From Candidatus Micrarchaeia archaeon (GTDB taxonomy: Archaea; Micrarchaeota; Micrarchaeia; Anstonellales; J096), in NCBI GenBank assembly GCA_041500405.1, contig JBGQMB010000001.1, positions 9,490 through 73,489 of the forward strand: DNA of 64,000 nt. The letters run 5' to 3'. Positions within the stretch are counted from its first letter, which is position 1, and each line of letters starts with the position of its first letter. The translations under genes were made by a program, and so were the position numbers. The notes below the pieces were generated by a model. That model was not told the DNA's origin. It saw nothing but the letters and a program-made list of their open reading frames with translations, and searched no databases. Shown here piece by piece: positions 44,517-53,711 of the stretch.

Positions 44517-46235
44517 ATGAAAAGGCTGCTGTACCGCGCGCGTCACCATCCCATAGGCGCAGCCAACCATCCGCCGGCACAAACCCAGGAGCCAGCAATA
44601 GAATCCCCTGCAAGCATGTTGAAGGAGAGGGTATCCGCGCTCCTGCAAAAGGTCATGTCCAGCCCGCGTTATGACCAAAGGATGCAGCCTATTGTCAACG
44701 ACATAATCCAGCTGGAGTGCAAGTTCGGGAATGAAAAGGACGGATACGACAACAGCAACAGGGTGAAGATAGACTCGCTGGAGGAGCTTTCCCTGCTCAT
44801 GGAAAGCGGCGCGCTCGGAAAGCACCTTGCGCCAATCCTGGCTGAACTGCACAGCAAGCTCATTTCTGCGGCAATTGAGGCAGGCAAATGCTTTTACGCG
44901 CGCAATTTCATGGAGTCAAAAAGGAACGTCTCAACATCGCTGTTCTGGGCCCTGAAGCAGCTAAGGAGGCTGTCCCAGGCTCCGGAGTTTTCCGGGACAG
45001 ACGCAATGCTTGCCGAAAAGGCCACAATGAGGACAGATTTCGGCAACATCATGTTCAGCTATTCAATTTTGAAATCGATGCTTGGCAACAGGAACCTGGA
45101 CAAGCTTAAGGAAAGCAGGAACGCATTCGACAACACATTCATTTCCATAACAGATGCCGCAAAAGAGGCAGTGAAAAAGGCATACCGCAGGCAGGACCCG
45201 GGCCAGCTGTATGCATGGATAGAGAGGATTGCGGGCAGCCCCAATTTCGGCCCTGACACCGTCCCGGCGCTGGTCATGGTGCTCAACGACATCGGCATCG
45301 GATACAGCGTCGCTGCAAAGTCCATGAACCCGGAAAGCGCCACAAAGGCCGCGGCCTCGATTTCCGAACTGGGCCTCCTTATCAATTCCCCGAACTATGA
45401 CCGCCACGCTGAGCTGGCGCTGCGCAATGTTGCAATAACCGGCGAGCGCATGCTTGCCTCAGACACTGTCAATGCGATGTACTCTGTTTTCATTAACAAA
45501 AACCTGCCGGAAGAAGCGCGCCGCACTGTATTTTTCATATCAACCAAGTGCCCGCCAAAGCACCTGATGCGCGCCTATAATGCAGCATCCCGCCTTTTCA
45601 AGATAGGAAAGTTCCAGGGCAGGGTAGGCTCCGCGATAGCGAGTGCCGCATCGGCGATAGAGGACCAGGACCTTGCAGACTTCCTGGATTCCATTGCAAA
45701 TGCAGTATGCAGCGATCCAGGCATCAAGCCAAGGATGGTGGCCCCGCTTTGCAGCGTAATACTGGGCTGCGTGCATGACGAAAAGACCAGGGAGGAATGC
45801 CTGGGCCTGTTTTCCAAAATCGCAAACCACAAGAACATGAAAGGCAGGATGGTCCGCGTACTGGACATGGCCGCTTCGGAAAGGGGGGAGGACCTTTATC
45901 CTGCCCTTGCCTCGCTTTATTCGCTTATCAACAGCAACCCGTTCAGCAACAAGTTTTCGGTCATGGCGGAAAAGGCGGCGTCATTGGCGAAAGAGGGCGC
46001 AGTGTCGGACTCGCTTGACATGCTTGGCATCATGCTGAAAAACGAGATGATAGGGATAAGGCGGCTTGACAGGGACCTTTTGTCGGCTTCGTGCGCAATC
46101 GCCAACCATGCGTCGCTTGCAAGGCACGGGGGCATGCGCCAGGGCACAGTTGCTGACGCGCTCAAGAAGCTTGGCAGAGGGTTTTCCAAGGAAGACCTGC
46201 TCTGGACGGCAGAAGCGCTTCCCTCGTTCAAGTGA
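44517..46235 (+). CDS. hypothetical alpha-helical repeat protein (paralog family member)
   Basis: 572 aa, all-helical. Shares the motif PDTVP...IGxGYSVAAK with the genes at 47185 and 51566. Confidence 0.45.
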   Translation: MKRLLYRARHHPIGAANHPPAQTQEPAIESPASMLKERVSALLQKVMSSPRYDQRMQPIVNDIIQLECKFGNEKDGYDNSNRVKIDSLEELSLLMESGALGKHLAPILAELHSKLISAAIEAGKCFYARNFMESKRNVSTSLFWALKQLRRLSQAPEFSGTDAMLAEKATMRTDFGNIMFSYSILKSMLGNRNLDKLKESRNAFDNTFISITDAAKEAVKKAYRRQDPGQLYAWIERIAGSPNFGPDTVPALVMVLNDIGIGYSVAAKSMNPESATKAAASISELGLLINSPNYDRHAELALRNVAITGERMLASDTVNAMYSVFINKNLPEEARRTVFFISTKCPPKHLMRAYNAASRLFKIGKFQGRVGSAIASAASAIEDQDLADFLDSIANAVCSDPGIKPRMVAPLCSVILGCVHDEKTREECLGLFSKIANHKNMKGRMVRVLDMAASERGEDLYPALASLYSLINSNPFSNKFSVMAEKAASLAKEGAVSDSLDMLGIMLKNEMIGIRRLDRDLLSASCAIANHASLARHGGMRQGTVADALKKLGRGFSKEDLLWTAEALPSFK

Positions 46236-46300
46236 ACTATTTCCACCTTTTGTCACTAGTGCAAACCAATAAAAACCCTTAGCAGCAATAATATATATTT

Positions 46301-47101
46301 ATGGATACCAAAAATGCCACCGGAAGCGGACAAGGGCACAAGGATCCCCAGCCCGGCCGCACTGCCGCACATGAGCCATTGGAAAGCGGAACCGGCGAGC
46401 ACAACTTTTTTGCTCAATTGTGCAGCAAGCTTTCAAAAGACCGCCAGGCAGTCTCATTCATAACCGCCCTTTCAAGAAGCATAACCCCGGCCATGCCGAA
46501 CTATGAGCTGCTGGCCAAAGGCAAAAGCGCCTCAAACGCCCTGGTCCTTCTTGCAAAGCGCATAGCCGAAATCTATAGGGACAGCCCGCCCCACGGCAGC
46601 ATGGCGTCACAGGCCGCGCTCAGGGCGATTTGCGGGCCAAGGCTTGACGAAGGCTCGCTGTCCCTTCTGCTTTCAGCGGCGCTCCGCTCTTCAGAGATGC
46701 ACACAGGCCTTTGCATCAACACCATAAGCGACATGGCGGAGAAGGGAATCCTGTCGTGCGCAGGCGTCGGGGGCACCCTGGATTCATTTGTCATACGCAC
46801 CGATGCGAACGAGGTTTATCCGTTCCTCCTGGTGTCGGATGCCGCGCTTTCCAACCCGCACATGCCTCAAGGGAGCATTACCATAGCCGTGCTTTCTGAC
46901 ATCCATGATGCAGTCTCGGCATTCTGCCGCAATTCCCCCGGCAGCAGCTTGCCGATAGAGGTGCTCAACATGGCGGCATATCTTGAAATCATGTCGTTCC
47001 AAGTGCACACGCACGCCGATTCCCCTGCCCATGAGCCGTCTGCAGCTGCCGGCGAAAATGCCATCAAGCAGATGATAAAGATGATGCAGGGCAAGCCATA
47101 G
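46301..47101 (+). CDS. hypothetical helical protein
   Basis: 266 aa, Ala/Leu/Ser-rich helices. No family recognised. Confidence 0.4.
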   Translation: MDTKNATGSGQGHKDPQPGRTAAHEPLESGTGEHNFFAQLCSKLSKDRQAVSFITALSRSITPAMPNYELLAKGKSASNALVLLAKRIAEIYRDSPPHGSMASQAALRAICGPRLDEGSLSLLLSAALRSSEMHTGLCINTISDMAEKGILSCAGVGGTLDSFVIRTDANEVYPFLLVSDAALSNPHMPQGSITIAVLSDIHDAVSAFCRNSPGSSLPIEVLNMAAYLEIMSFQVHTHADSPAHEPSAAAGENAIKQMIKMMQGKP

Positions 47102-47184
47102 GCGCCCCGAATCGCATTATTCTCTTTGTGTTTAAATATAAGCGCAAGTGTAGCATTATTAAACTGTTTGCTGCGCAATAAAAC

Positions 47185-47907
47185 ATGGTAAAATCCTGCT
47201 CCCTAGCATATGCCGCCAGCAGAAACTGCAATGGCTGCGCAGCGGGGCAGGGCAATGAATTTTTCAGCAGTTACAAATGGTTTTGCTCCCCTGACATGAC
47301 TTCTTACAAAAAGCAAAGGGCGGCGGCAGGCATCCGCATGACATCAAGGTCGCTTTGCAGAATTGCAGATGGCAGTGCCCAGCTATCGGCCAATCACTCC
47401 CTGATGAAGCTGATAGGCGAAGAAAAGTTTGACCCGTCAATCCTTCCTTTTATGAACAGGCTCGTCTCGAATGGCCGCCTTTCAGGATTTTATACCGCGA
47501 TTTCCATAAACTGTTTCAGGGATATATGCGCAACCGGAAGATTCGAGAGGTCAATGCTGCCTTTCTTTGATTGCATGCTCCGCAAAAAAGGGAAGAATGA
47601 CATGTACCTTGCGGTCGAATCCGTGCGCGCGCTTTTCCGCAACCCGGATTTTGACAAAGGATGGCTCACGCAGGACAACTACGCCATTATATTGAGGATA
47701 ATCGGCGCCATGGCCCAGAAACCGGATTCGGACACTGTGCCTTATCCATTCTACAGCTTCACTTCCCTGATAGGCAGCAGGGGATTCTCGGTTGCTGAGC
47801 TTCCCAAGGTGCATGACGGCATGCAAAACCTGAACGGCATTGCGATGGCGGCGTATTTTTACAGTCTTGAGAAGGAGCGGCATCCAAACGCCGAGCCGAA
47901 AACCTAA
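47185..47907 (+). CDS. hypothetical helical protein (paralog family member)
   Basis: 240 aa. DSDTVPYPFYSFTSLIGSRGFSVAEL resembles GPDTVPALVMVLNDIGIGYSVAAK of the 44517 gene. Start uncertain. Confidence 0.4.
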   Translation: MVKSCSLAYAASRNCNGCAAGQGNEFFSSYKWFCSPDMTSYKKQRAAAGIRMTSRSLCRIADGSAQLSANHSLMKLIGEEKFDPSILPFMNRLVSNGRLSGFYTAISINCFRDICATGRFERSMLPFFDCMLRKKGKNDMYLAVESVRALFRNPDFDKGWLTQDNYAIILRIIGAMAQKPDSDTVPYPFYSFTSLIGSRGFSVAELPKVHDGMQNLNGIAMAAYFYSLEKERHPNAEPKT

Positions 47908-47960
47908 AAAATCAGGGCATGGGTCAATAGCTTTTAATCTTATCCCGCAGTAATAAGCGC

Positions 47961-49787
47961 ATGGCCCAGCAGGGCGATCTAAATTGGGGCTCGGCGCTTG
48001 CAATCGTTGCATTAGTGTCCATCATCGCAATCGTGGCTTACGTATTTTTCGCGCATGGCCCAAGGGAGATTGTGATGGGCGGAAGGACGCCGCTCCTGAA
48101 TTCCGCGATAAGCTTTTACATCCTCAATGGCGACGGGAGCAAGGGCGCGCTTGCAGGCAGCACAACAACGGATGAGGACGGCATTTATGTCACTGCAATC
48201 AACGCGTCGCCCAATGATTTCCTTCTCATTGAGGCAACAAACGGCTCGTATGCCAAGGACACAGCCAACACAAGGCCGCTCAAGCCATCGCAAAGCCTGG
48301 CAACAGCAGTGTCCGCGTCAAACTCCAGCACTTGGGCAGCAATAACGCCTCTCACGCACATGGCAGCAGCAAGGGCAAGGGCGCTCGCGGCAGGAGGGAC
48401 GCCATTGTCGACAGCCGTTGTGTCATCAAACATTGGCGTTGCGCGGCAGTATGGCCTTGCTGACATAATATCAAACCAGCCTGTTCCTGTTGACGACGAG
48501 GAATGGGCCGCGCGCGCGAACATTGACGAACGGCAATATTCTCTTGTCATTGCGGGCATCTCAGAAGAGGCGGAAGACCTCAATATGGACGCCGTGGGTT
48601 TTGCGGACGCGCTTGCAAAGGACGCGAGCGACGGCCTGCTTGACGGCAAAGAGAACGGAGAGCCGATAACAATGGAGTCATTGTCAGGCGGGACAATGAG
48701 GCTTGACGCGAATGCCGGGACAGAAGGCGTGCAGGACGGCATTGCCAGCGCGCAGGTCGCACCAAACCTTGCGCCCAACCAGGCAAATGCCCAAGTGCCG
48801 CTCCAGCCAGTCCAGCTCGGCATAAACGGGGCAGGGAAATTTTACATAACATCAACAATGCTTCCTGCTGCCATAGCGCAAACACAATATAATTTTCAGT
48901 TAACTGCACAAGGGGGAACTACCCCTTACACGTGTTCATTGGCAGGAAGGAATGCGGACAACACGGTTTCGGCTTTGCCGAATTGGCTCTTGCTTGGAAA
49001 CGATTGCACGCTTTACGGCGGCGTTCCTTTGCTTGCAGGCGGAACAACGATGTCAATTTCACAGCCGTTCACAATAGCAATGTGCGATTCCGCAAACTCG
49101 TGCGAAAACCTGGAGCTGCGCATAACGACAATAGGGCAGAAGCCGGAGATAACGACATATATCGCCAAGTGCTTTATTAATGAATTCTGCAACCAGAACA
49201 TCGCAACAGCGCAAGGAGGGATAACGCCGTATTATTTCAGGTCCGACTATCTCAGGAACGGCGCGTCGCCGCTCGGCACAATCGTGGACCTGAACGGCAA
49301 CATCCGCGGGACGCCAACGGAGATGGGGACGTTTGACGTCGGCGTTTGCGCAATAGACAGCATAGGCGCATACTCCTGCGATACAGCCGAAGTCAGGGTT
49401 ATTTCGCGGAACGTTACGCTTTATCTTACGAAAACTGGCACCGGCACAGGCAAGGTCTACTCGAACCCCTTCAATGACGACAACATCTTTTCGTACGGCG
49501 TGACGCTCACGCTCACGGCAACCCCGAACAGCGATTCCGAGTTCACGGGATGGGGCGGCGCGTGCAGCGGAACAGGGACATGCAGGCTACTGATGGACGG
49601 GGACAAGGAAATCACTGCGGAGTTCACCCAGACAGAGGAGGAGCCTACGCCGAACCCCAATCCGCCGGACACATGCGGAAGCGGATATCACATCAGCAAC
49701 TGCGGAAACGGCCAGACGCGCTGCTGCCGCAGCGGCTGGGAGTGCTGCAACAGCGGCAACTGCGCGCCGGCTGTCTGGTGCGGCTGA
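47961..49787 (+). CDS. membrane-anchored adhesin-like surface protein with Ig-like/InlB-B-repeat-like domains and Cys-rich C-terminal module
   Basis: 608 aa. N-terminal TM LAIVALVSIIAIVAYVFF. Repeats with GGTTPYTCSL / GGITPYYF (putative-Ig GxTPY motif). YGVTLTLTATPNSDSEFTGWGGAC (divergent InlB B-repeat-like). C-terminal CGSGYHISNCGNGQTRCCRSGWECCNSGNCAPAVWCG. Confidence 0.55.
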   Translation: MAQQGDLNWGSALAIVALVSIIAIVAYVFFAHGPREIVMGGRTPLLNSAISFYILNGDGSKGALAGSTTTDEDGIYVTAINASPNDFLLIEATNGSYAKDTANTRPLKPSQSLATAVSASNSSTWAAITPLTHMAAARARALAAGGTPLSTAVVSSNIGVARQYGLADIISNQPVPVDDEEWAARANIDERQYSLVIAGISEEAEDLNMDAVGFADALAKDASDGLLDGKENGEPITMESLSGGTMRLDANAGTEGVQDGIASAQVAPNLAPNQANAQVPLQPVQLGINGAGKFYITSTMLPAAIAQTQYNFQLTAQGGTTPYTCSLAGRNADNTVSALPNWLLLGNDCTLYGGVPLLAGGTTMSISQPFTIAMCDSANSCENLELRITTIGQKPEITTYIAKCFINEFCNQNIATAQGGITPYYFRSDYLRNGASPLGTIVDLNGNIRGTPTEMGTFDVGVCAIDSIGAYSCDTAEVRVISRNVTLYLTKTGTGTGKVYSNPFNDDNIFSYGVTLTLTATPNSDSEFTGWGGACSGTGTCRLLMDGDKEITAEFTQTEEEPTPNPNPPDTCGSGYHISNCGNGQTRCCRSGWECCNSGNCAPAVWCG

Positions 49788-49864
49788 GGCGTTTTCTTAG
49801 GCGGGCGCCTTGCATTTTGCCTCATATTTATAAATTAAGCGAGCCAAATGCCATTGTGGTCAAA

Positions 49865-50713
49865 ATGGAAAAAATACACATCGCTTTTGCAATGTTAGCG
49901 TTGCTTCTGTTCTCTTTCGGGTGCACAAGCCTGATGAGCGACACTCAAAGCTTGGTTGGCGGCGACAGCGGGCGCACGTCATCCACTATAGGCGTTTCGG
50001 AAGACTTGAGCTACAAGTCGGCGCCAAGCGCATCAGACGGCGCTGTCCAGGACGCAATGGTCATAAAGACCGGCTCTGCGCAGATAGAGGTGCCTGAGAA
50101 CACGCTTTCGGCAAGGTACGAAAGCCTAAAGGCTATGGCTGTCCAATATGGCGGCTCAATCTCGTACTCAAGCTACTATGAGAGCGAATCCGGCAAGACG
50201 CAGTATGTCACCGTGAAAGTGAACTCGGAAAAATTTGACGAGTTTACGGGAAGGCTCTCCGAGATAGGGACAGTCAAGAGCTTCTCCAGCAACACGGACG
50301 ACGTCACGCAGGAGTACATCGACACGACCGCGAAGCTCAGCAACCTGATAGCCTCAAGGGACAGGCTGCTTGCGCTGTACAACACGACGGGAAACCTGAG
50401 CGACATACTGATGCTCGAGCAGGCGATTGAGAACGTGCAGTACCAGATAGACTCCGCGACGCAGCAGAAGCTGTACTACGAGAGGCAGTCCGCGAAGGCG
50501 AGCGTGAGCATAACTCTTTCCGAGCCGCTTCCGGTCGTCGACACCACGATTCTGGACCCGCTTTCGCAGCTTGCGAACCTGTTCATCGGCAGCCTCATTG
50601 TCGGCGTGACGCTTATCGTCATTGGCGCCGGCTTCGTGATACCGATAGCCATAGCGCTGTTCGTGCTCTGGAAGATATGCGCGTGGCTCTGGACCAAGCT
50701 CAAGAAGAAATGA
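49865..50713 (+). CDS. DUF4349-like lipoprotein with C-terminal TM anchor
   Basis: MEKIHIAFAMLALLLFSFGC signal/lipobox. Central helical domain (LSNLIASRDRLLALYN...LEQAIENVQYQIDSATQQKLYYERQSAKASVSITL) resembling DUF4349. C-terminal TM. Start chosen at internal Met 49865. Confidence 0.5.
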   Translation: MEKIHIAFAMLALLLFSFGCTSLMSDTQSLVGGDSGRTSSTIGVSEDLSYKSAPSASDGAVQDAMVIKTGSAQIEVPENTLSARYESLKAMAVQYGGSISYSSYYESESGKTQYVTVKVNSEKFDEFTGRLSEIGTVKSFSSNTDDVTQEYIDTTAKLSNLIASRDRLLALYNTTGNLSDILMLEQAIENVQYQIDSATQQKLYYERQSAKASVSITLSEPLPVVDTTILDPLSQLANLFIGSLIVGVTLIVIGAGFVIPIAIALFVLWKICAWLWTKLKKK

Positions 50714-50781
50714 TTTTGTTTTTTAATTTCTTTTTTCGTTTTTCCGAATGATTTTTATATTTATCCATCAAAAATAACAGT

Positions 50782-51564
50782 ATGGCCGAAAAGAGCGTCC
50801 AGGCCCAAACGGGAAAGCCGGAAGGGAAGCGGATTCACGCCGGCATAATTGAGCAGTCCGCAGTCTCAATGAAGGACATCGTCGAAGCCATAAGGACCGC
50901 CATTTCCTTTTCCGACGACCGCGGCATTCCGCTGCCAAACGAGCTGACGCTTCCGCAAAAGCAAAAGGACGCGATAATGGGCTTTGTGGAATCGCTTGCA
51001 AAGGACCCTGCAAGGGACAGCGACCTTGTCTCGTTCGCAGTCGCAATAAGCCGCATATGCAATTCTTGCTCGTACAATGAAGAAAGGCTGGCCACGCTCA
51101 ATACGTTGGCGATGCTGGTCTCCGGGGAGAGGTTCAAGGAGCTCTCAAAGGAAACGGTCGGCATAGTCCACAAGGTGGCGCTCAACCCGCTGAACAGCGG
51201 CATAAAGGACTCAATCTTGGTGTCGCTTGCCAGCTTGATTGACAGCCCGGACTTCAGTGGCGGGCTTCTGCCGGCCCTGCACATCATTTCAGAGCAAACA
51301 GACGGCGCGCACATGGTAATGTCGCTGGAGCACATGCTGAGCATATGCCAAAGCAAGCGCTGCACGCCTGCCGTCGAGGCCCTGGTGCTTGAAGTGGCCA
51401 AGAAGACATGGAGCAAGGAGACGGAGCTCTCCCTGTGCTCGCTTTCCCTGCTTGTGGAAAGCAGCAAGGCGTCGGACGCCCTGTTCGCCGGCCTGCGCAA
51501 CGAGATAAGGGACATGCCGGCCTACAGCATAGCGCTCCGCATCAACAACACAAGAGGCGGATAA
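50782..51564 (+). CDS. hypothetical helical protein
   Basis: 260 aa, Ala/Leu/Ser-rich. No family recognised. Confidence 0.4.
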   Translation: MAEKSVQAQTGKPEGKRIHAGIIEQSAVSMKDIVEAIRTAISFSDDRGIPLPNELTLPQKQKDAIMGFVESLAKDPARDSDLVSFAVAISRICNSCSYNEERLATLNTLAMLVSGERFKELSKETVGIVHKVALNPLNSGIKDSILVSLASLIDSPDFSGGLLPALHIISEQTDGAHMVMSLEHMLSICQSKRCTPAVEALVLEVAKKTWSKETELSLCSLSLLVESSKASDALFAGLRNEIRDMPAYSIALRINNTRGG

Positions 51565-51565
51565 G

Positions 51566-52249
51566 ATGGATTCAGTGAAAAGACCGTTAAATAAGCAAGG
51601 CGAACCCGCGAACAACAAGAAGCCGCAGCTTGAGAAGTTCAAGGACAGGTTCCCGAAAGCGAACCTCATATGCAGGCGCCTCGGCGCCAAGATGGACAAC
51701 TTCGACCGCATGACGAGGCTTCCGCAGGAGGACAGGCAGAACATACTGGATTATGCGGCAATGCTTGCAAGCCGCAACAAAAAGGGAAATCTCGGCCTGC
51801 TTGCGAGCACGGTAGACGCAATCTGCAACTACGGCGAGCCGCACGACAGGAGCTACTTTAACCTCGTTTATCTGAACAGGCTACTTGGAAGCCAGCGGTT
51901 CATTGATGCGCCGCGCTTTGTCATGGTTCCTGTTGCAATGATAGCGTGCCAGCCAAGGAACAGGGATCTGCTCTATTTTCACTTGGACTCCATAAGGACG
52001 ATAGCGGACGACAACTTCCTTTCGGCGGCAACCGCGTTGGAGCTGTGCACGATGGCCATGGGAAACACAGGAAACGACCTTTCGATGAAATTCCACGAGC
52101 TCATAATAAGGCTCAGGGCGGAAAGGAAAAAAGAAAACATGAAATCCGGCCGCGAGCTTGGAAAAACGCTAAAGGAAATTGACCACTTTGAAAAGTCCAG
52201 CAGGAATCCGAACCCGCCAATAATGGTCAAGGAAAAGAAGCAGGCGTGA
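51566..52249 (+). CDS. hypothetical helical protein (paralog family member)
   Basis: 227 aa. LNRLLGSQRFIDAPRF resembles FTSLIGSRGFSVAELP of the 47185 gene. Starts 2 nt after the previous gene. Confidence 0.4.
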   Translation: MDSVKRPLNKQGEPANNKKPQLEKFKDRFPKANLICRRLGAKMDNFDRMTRLPQEDRQNILDYAAMLASRNKKGNLGLLASTVDAICNYGEPHDRSYFNLVYLNRLLGSQRFIDAPRFVMVPVAMIACQPRNRDLLYFHLDSIRTIADDNFLSAATALELCTMAMGNTGNDLSMKFHELIIRLRAERKKENMKSGRELGKTLKEIDHFEKSSRNPNPPIMVKEKKQA

Positions 52250-52322
52250 GACGGGCGGTGCGGTTCCTTTTTAAATTTTTCACTGGAATAAGGCAAAAGC
52301 ATAACCGTAAAGGTGTTTATCG

Positions 52323-52610
52323 ATGAAATTTCCAGGGGAACTAATGAGGTATTGCCCGCACTGCAACGCAAGGACTTTGCACAAGGCGAAGAACGTGTCA
52401 AAGGGCAAGGCAAGCCCGTTCTCGTTCGGAACCATGAAGCACGCAAAGAAGCTCATGGGCCACGGCGGAAAAAGGGCGGGCCAGAAGGAAGTGAAGAAGC
52501 AGGGCAAGAAGCAGAAGGTAATTTTAACGTGCACGGCCTGCAGCAAGAAGCAGGAGTGGGTCTGCCACAAAAGGACCAAGAAAAAGGTGGAAATCGTGAA
52601 GAAACAGTAA
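52323..52610 (+). CDS. rpl44e: ribosomal protein L44e (eL42)
   Basis: MKFPGELMRYCPHCNARTLH...LTCTACSKK: C4 zinc-binding L44e pattern (compare MKMPRRFNTYCPHCN). Confidence 0.85.
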   Translation: MKFPGELMRYCPHCNARTLHKAKNVSKGKASPFSFGTMKHAKKLMGHGGKRAGQKEVKKQGKKQKVILTCTACSKKQEWVCHKRTKKKVEIVKKQ

Positions 52611-52611
52611 A

Positions 52612-52794
52612 GTGATGCTTATGGCAACAAGTTTCATGAAGATAAAGTGCTCGAAGTGCGGCGAGGAAAGGAAGGTTTTCTCGCATTCAAACAAGGACAT
52701 CTTCTGCGGCAAGTGCAAGGCGCACCTAATGCAGCCGAGAGGCGGAAAGGCGCTGCTGATTGACGCGGAGATATTAGAGGAGTACAATGAGTGA
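52612..52794 (+). CDS. rps27e: ribosomal protein S27e
   Basis: C4 zinc finger IKCSKCGEERKVFSH...FCGKCKAHL typical of S27e. 60 aa. Confidence 0.8.
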   Translation: MMLMATSFMKIKCSKCGEERKVFSHSNKDIFCGKCKAHLMQPRGGKALLIDAEILEEYNE

Positions 52795-53557
52795 CATAAA
52801 GGATCTCAAGCTTCCGCAGAAGGACGAGCTTGTAGTCGGCGAAGTGAAGAAGGTCCTGAATTACGGCGCATTCTGCTCATTATTGGAGTATCCGGGCGTT
52901 GACGGGTTTTTGCACGTCAGCGAGGTCGCAAGCAAGTGGATAAGGAACATAGGCGAGTATGTCAGGGAGAACCAGAGGGTCGTAATCAAGGTAATAAACG
53001 TCGACCCAGGCAAGAACGTGGTTGACGTCTCATTAAGGCGCGTCAATGAGAACGAAAGGAAGCAGGTGCTGGAGTTTTTCGACAGCAACCAAAAGGCAGA
53101 AAGGATGATAGGGGTTGCTTCAAAAAAGACCAAGATTGAGGTTCCTGCAAACATCGTTTCTGAAATACTGAAAACCTACAGCTCGGTCTATGATTTCGCA
53201 TATGACGTTTATGAGAAGGGCGAGGCAGTGGCGGAAAAGGCCGGCATGCCGAAAAAGCTCGCAACGGCCTATTTCGAGCTGGTCCAGATCTCAATGAAGC
53301 CGTCCAAGGTCACCGTAAGGGCCGAGATAAAGGCAACATCCCTCAGGCCCAAAGGCGTTGAGGACATAAGGGCCGTGCTTTCCGGGATAGAGGGCGCCTC
53401 AATAAAATACCTGGGCGCGCCGAGGTACATGGCGGTAATAGAGGACGAGTCGTTCAAGCAGGCCAACAAGAGGATGACCGCGCTTTTGTCGTCGGTGGAA
53501 AAGAAGGCAAAGGCGTCCGGCGTGTCCATGGAATACGAGATAATGAAAAATGAGTGA
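52787..53557 (+). CDS. translation initiation factor 2 alpha subunit (aIF-2 alpha)
   Basis: N-terminal S1 domain VVGEVKKVLNYGAFCSLLEYPGVDGFLHVSEVASKWIRNI...VIKVINVD. 256 aa. Confidence 0.85.
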   Translation: MSDIKDLKLPQKDELVVGEVKKVLNYGAFCSLLEYPGVDGFLHVSEVASKWIRNIGEYVRENQRVVIKVINVDPGKNVVDVSLRRVNENERKQVLEFFDSNQKAERMIGVASKKTKIEVPANIVSEILKTYSSVYDFAYDVYEKGEAVAEKAGMPKKLATAYFELVQISMKPSKVTVRAEIKATSLRPKGVEDIRAVLSGIEGASIKYLGAPRYMAVIEDESFKQANKRMTALLSSVEKKAKASGVSMEYEIMKNE

Positions 53558-53711
53558 AATTCTTGGAAGATTGAGGAGGTGCACGGCATGCGGGGCATAC
53601 ACGATGCTCATCACCCACCACAAAATGCTCTCAACCAACGCCCACAGCCCGGTTTTTAAGCCTTTTGACAGATACGCAAAGTATAGGGAGATGGAGAAGG
53701 AGATTGAATGA
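53550..53711 (+). CDS. nop10: H/ACA RNP protein Nop10
   Basis: 53 aa, below the ORF track cutoff, translated manually. RRCTACGAYTM...HSPVFKPFDRYAKYR matches the Nop10 pattern (CxxCG...HPPRFSP.D.Y.KYR). Only one CxxC pair present. Overlaps flanking genes by 8 and 4 nt. Confidence 0.65.
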   Translation: MSEILGRLRRCTACGAYTMLITHHKMLSTNAHSPVFKPFDRYAKYREMEKEIE

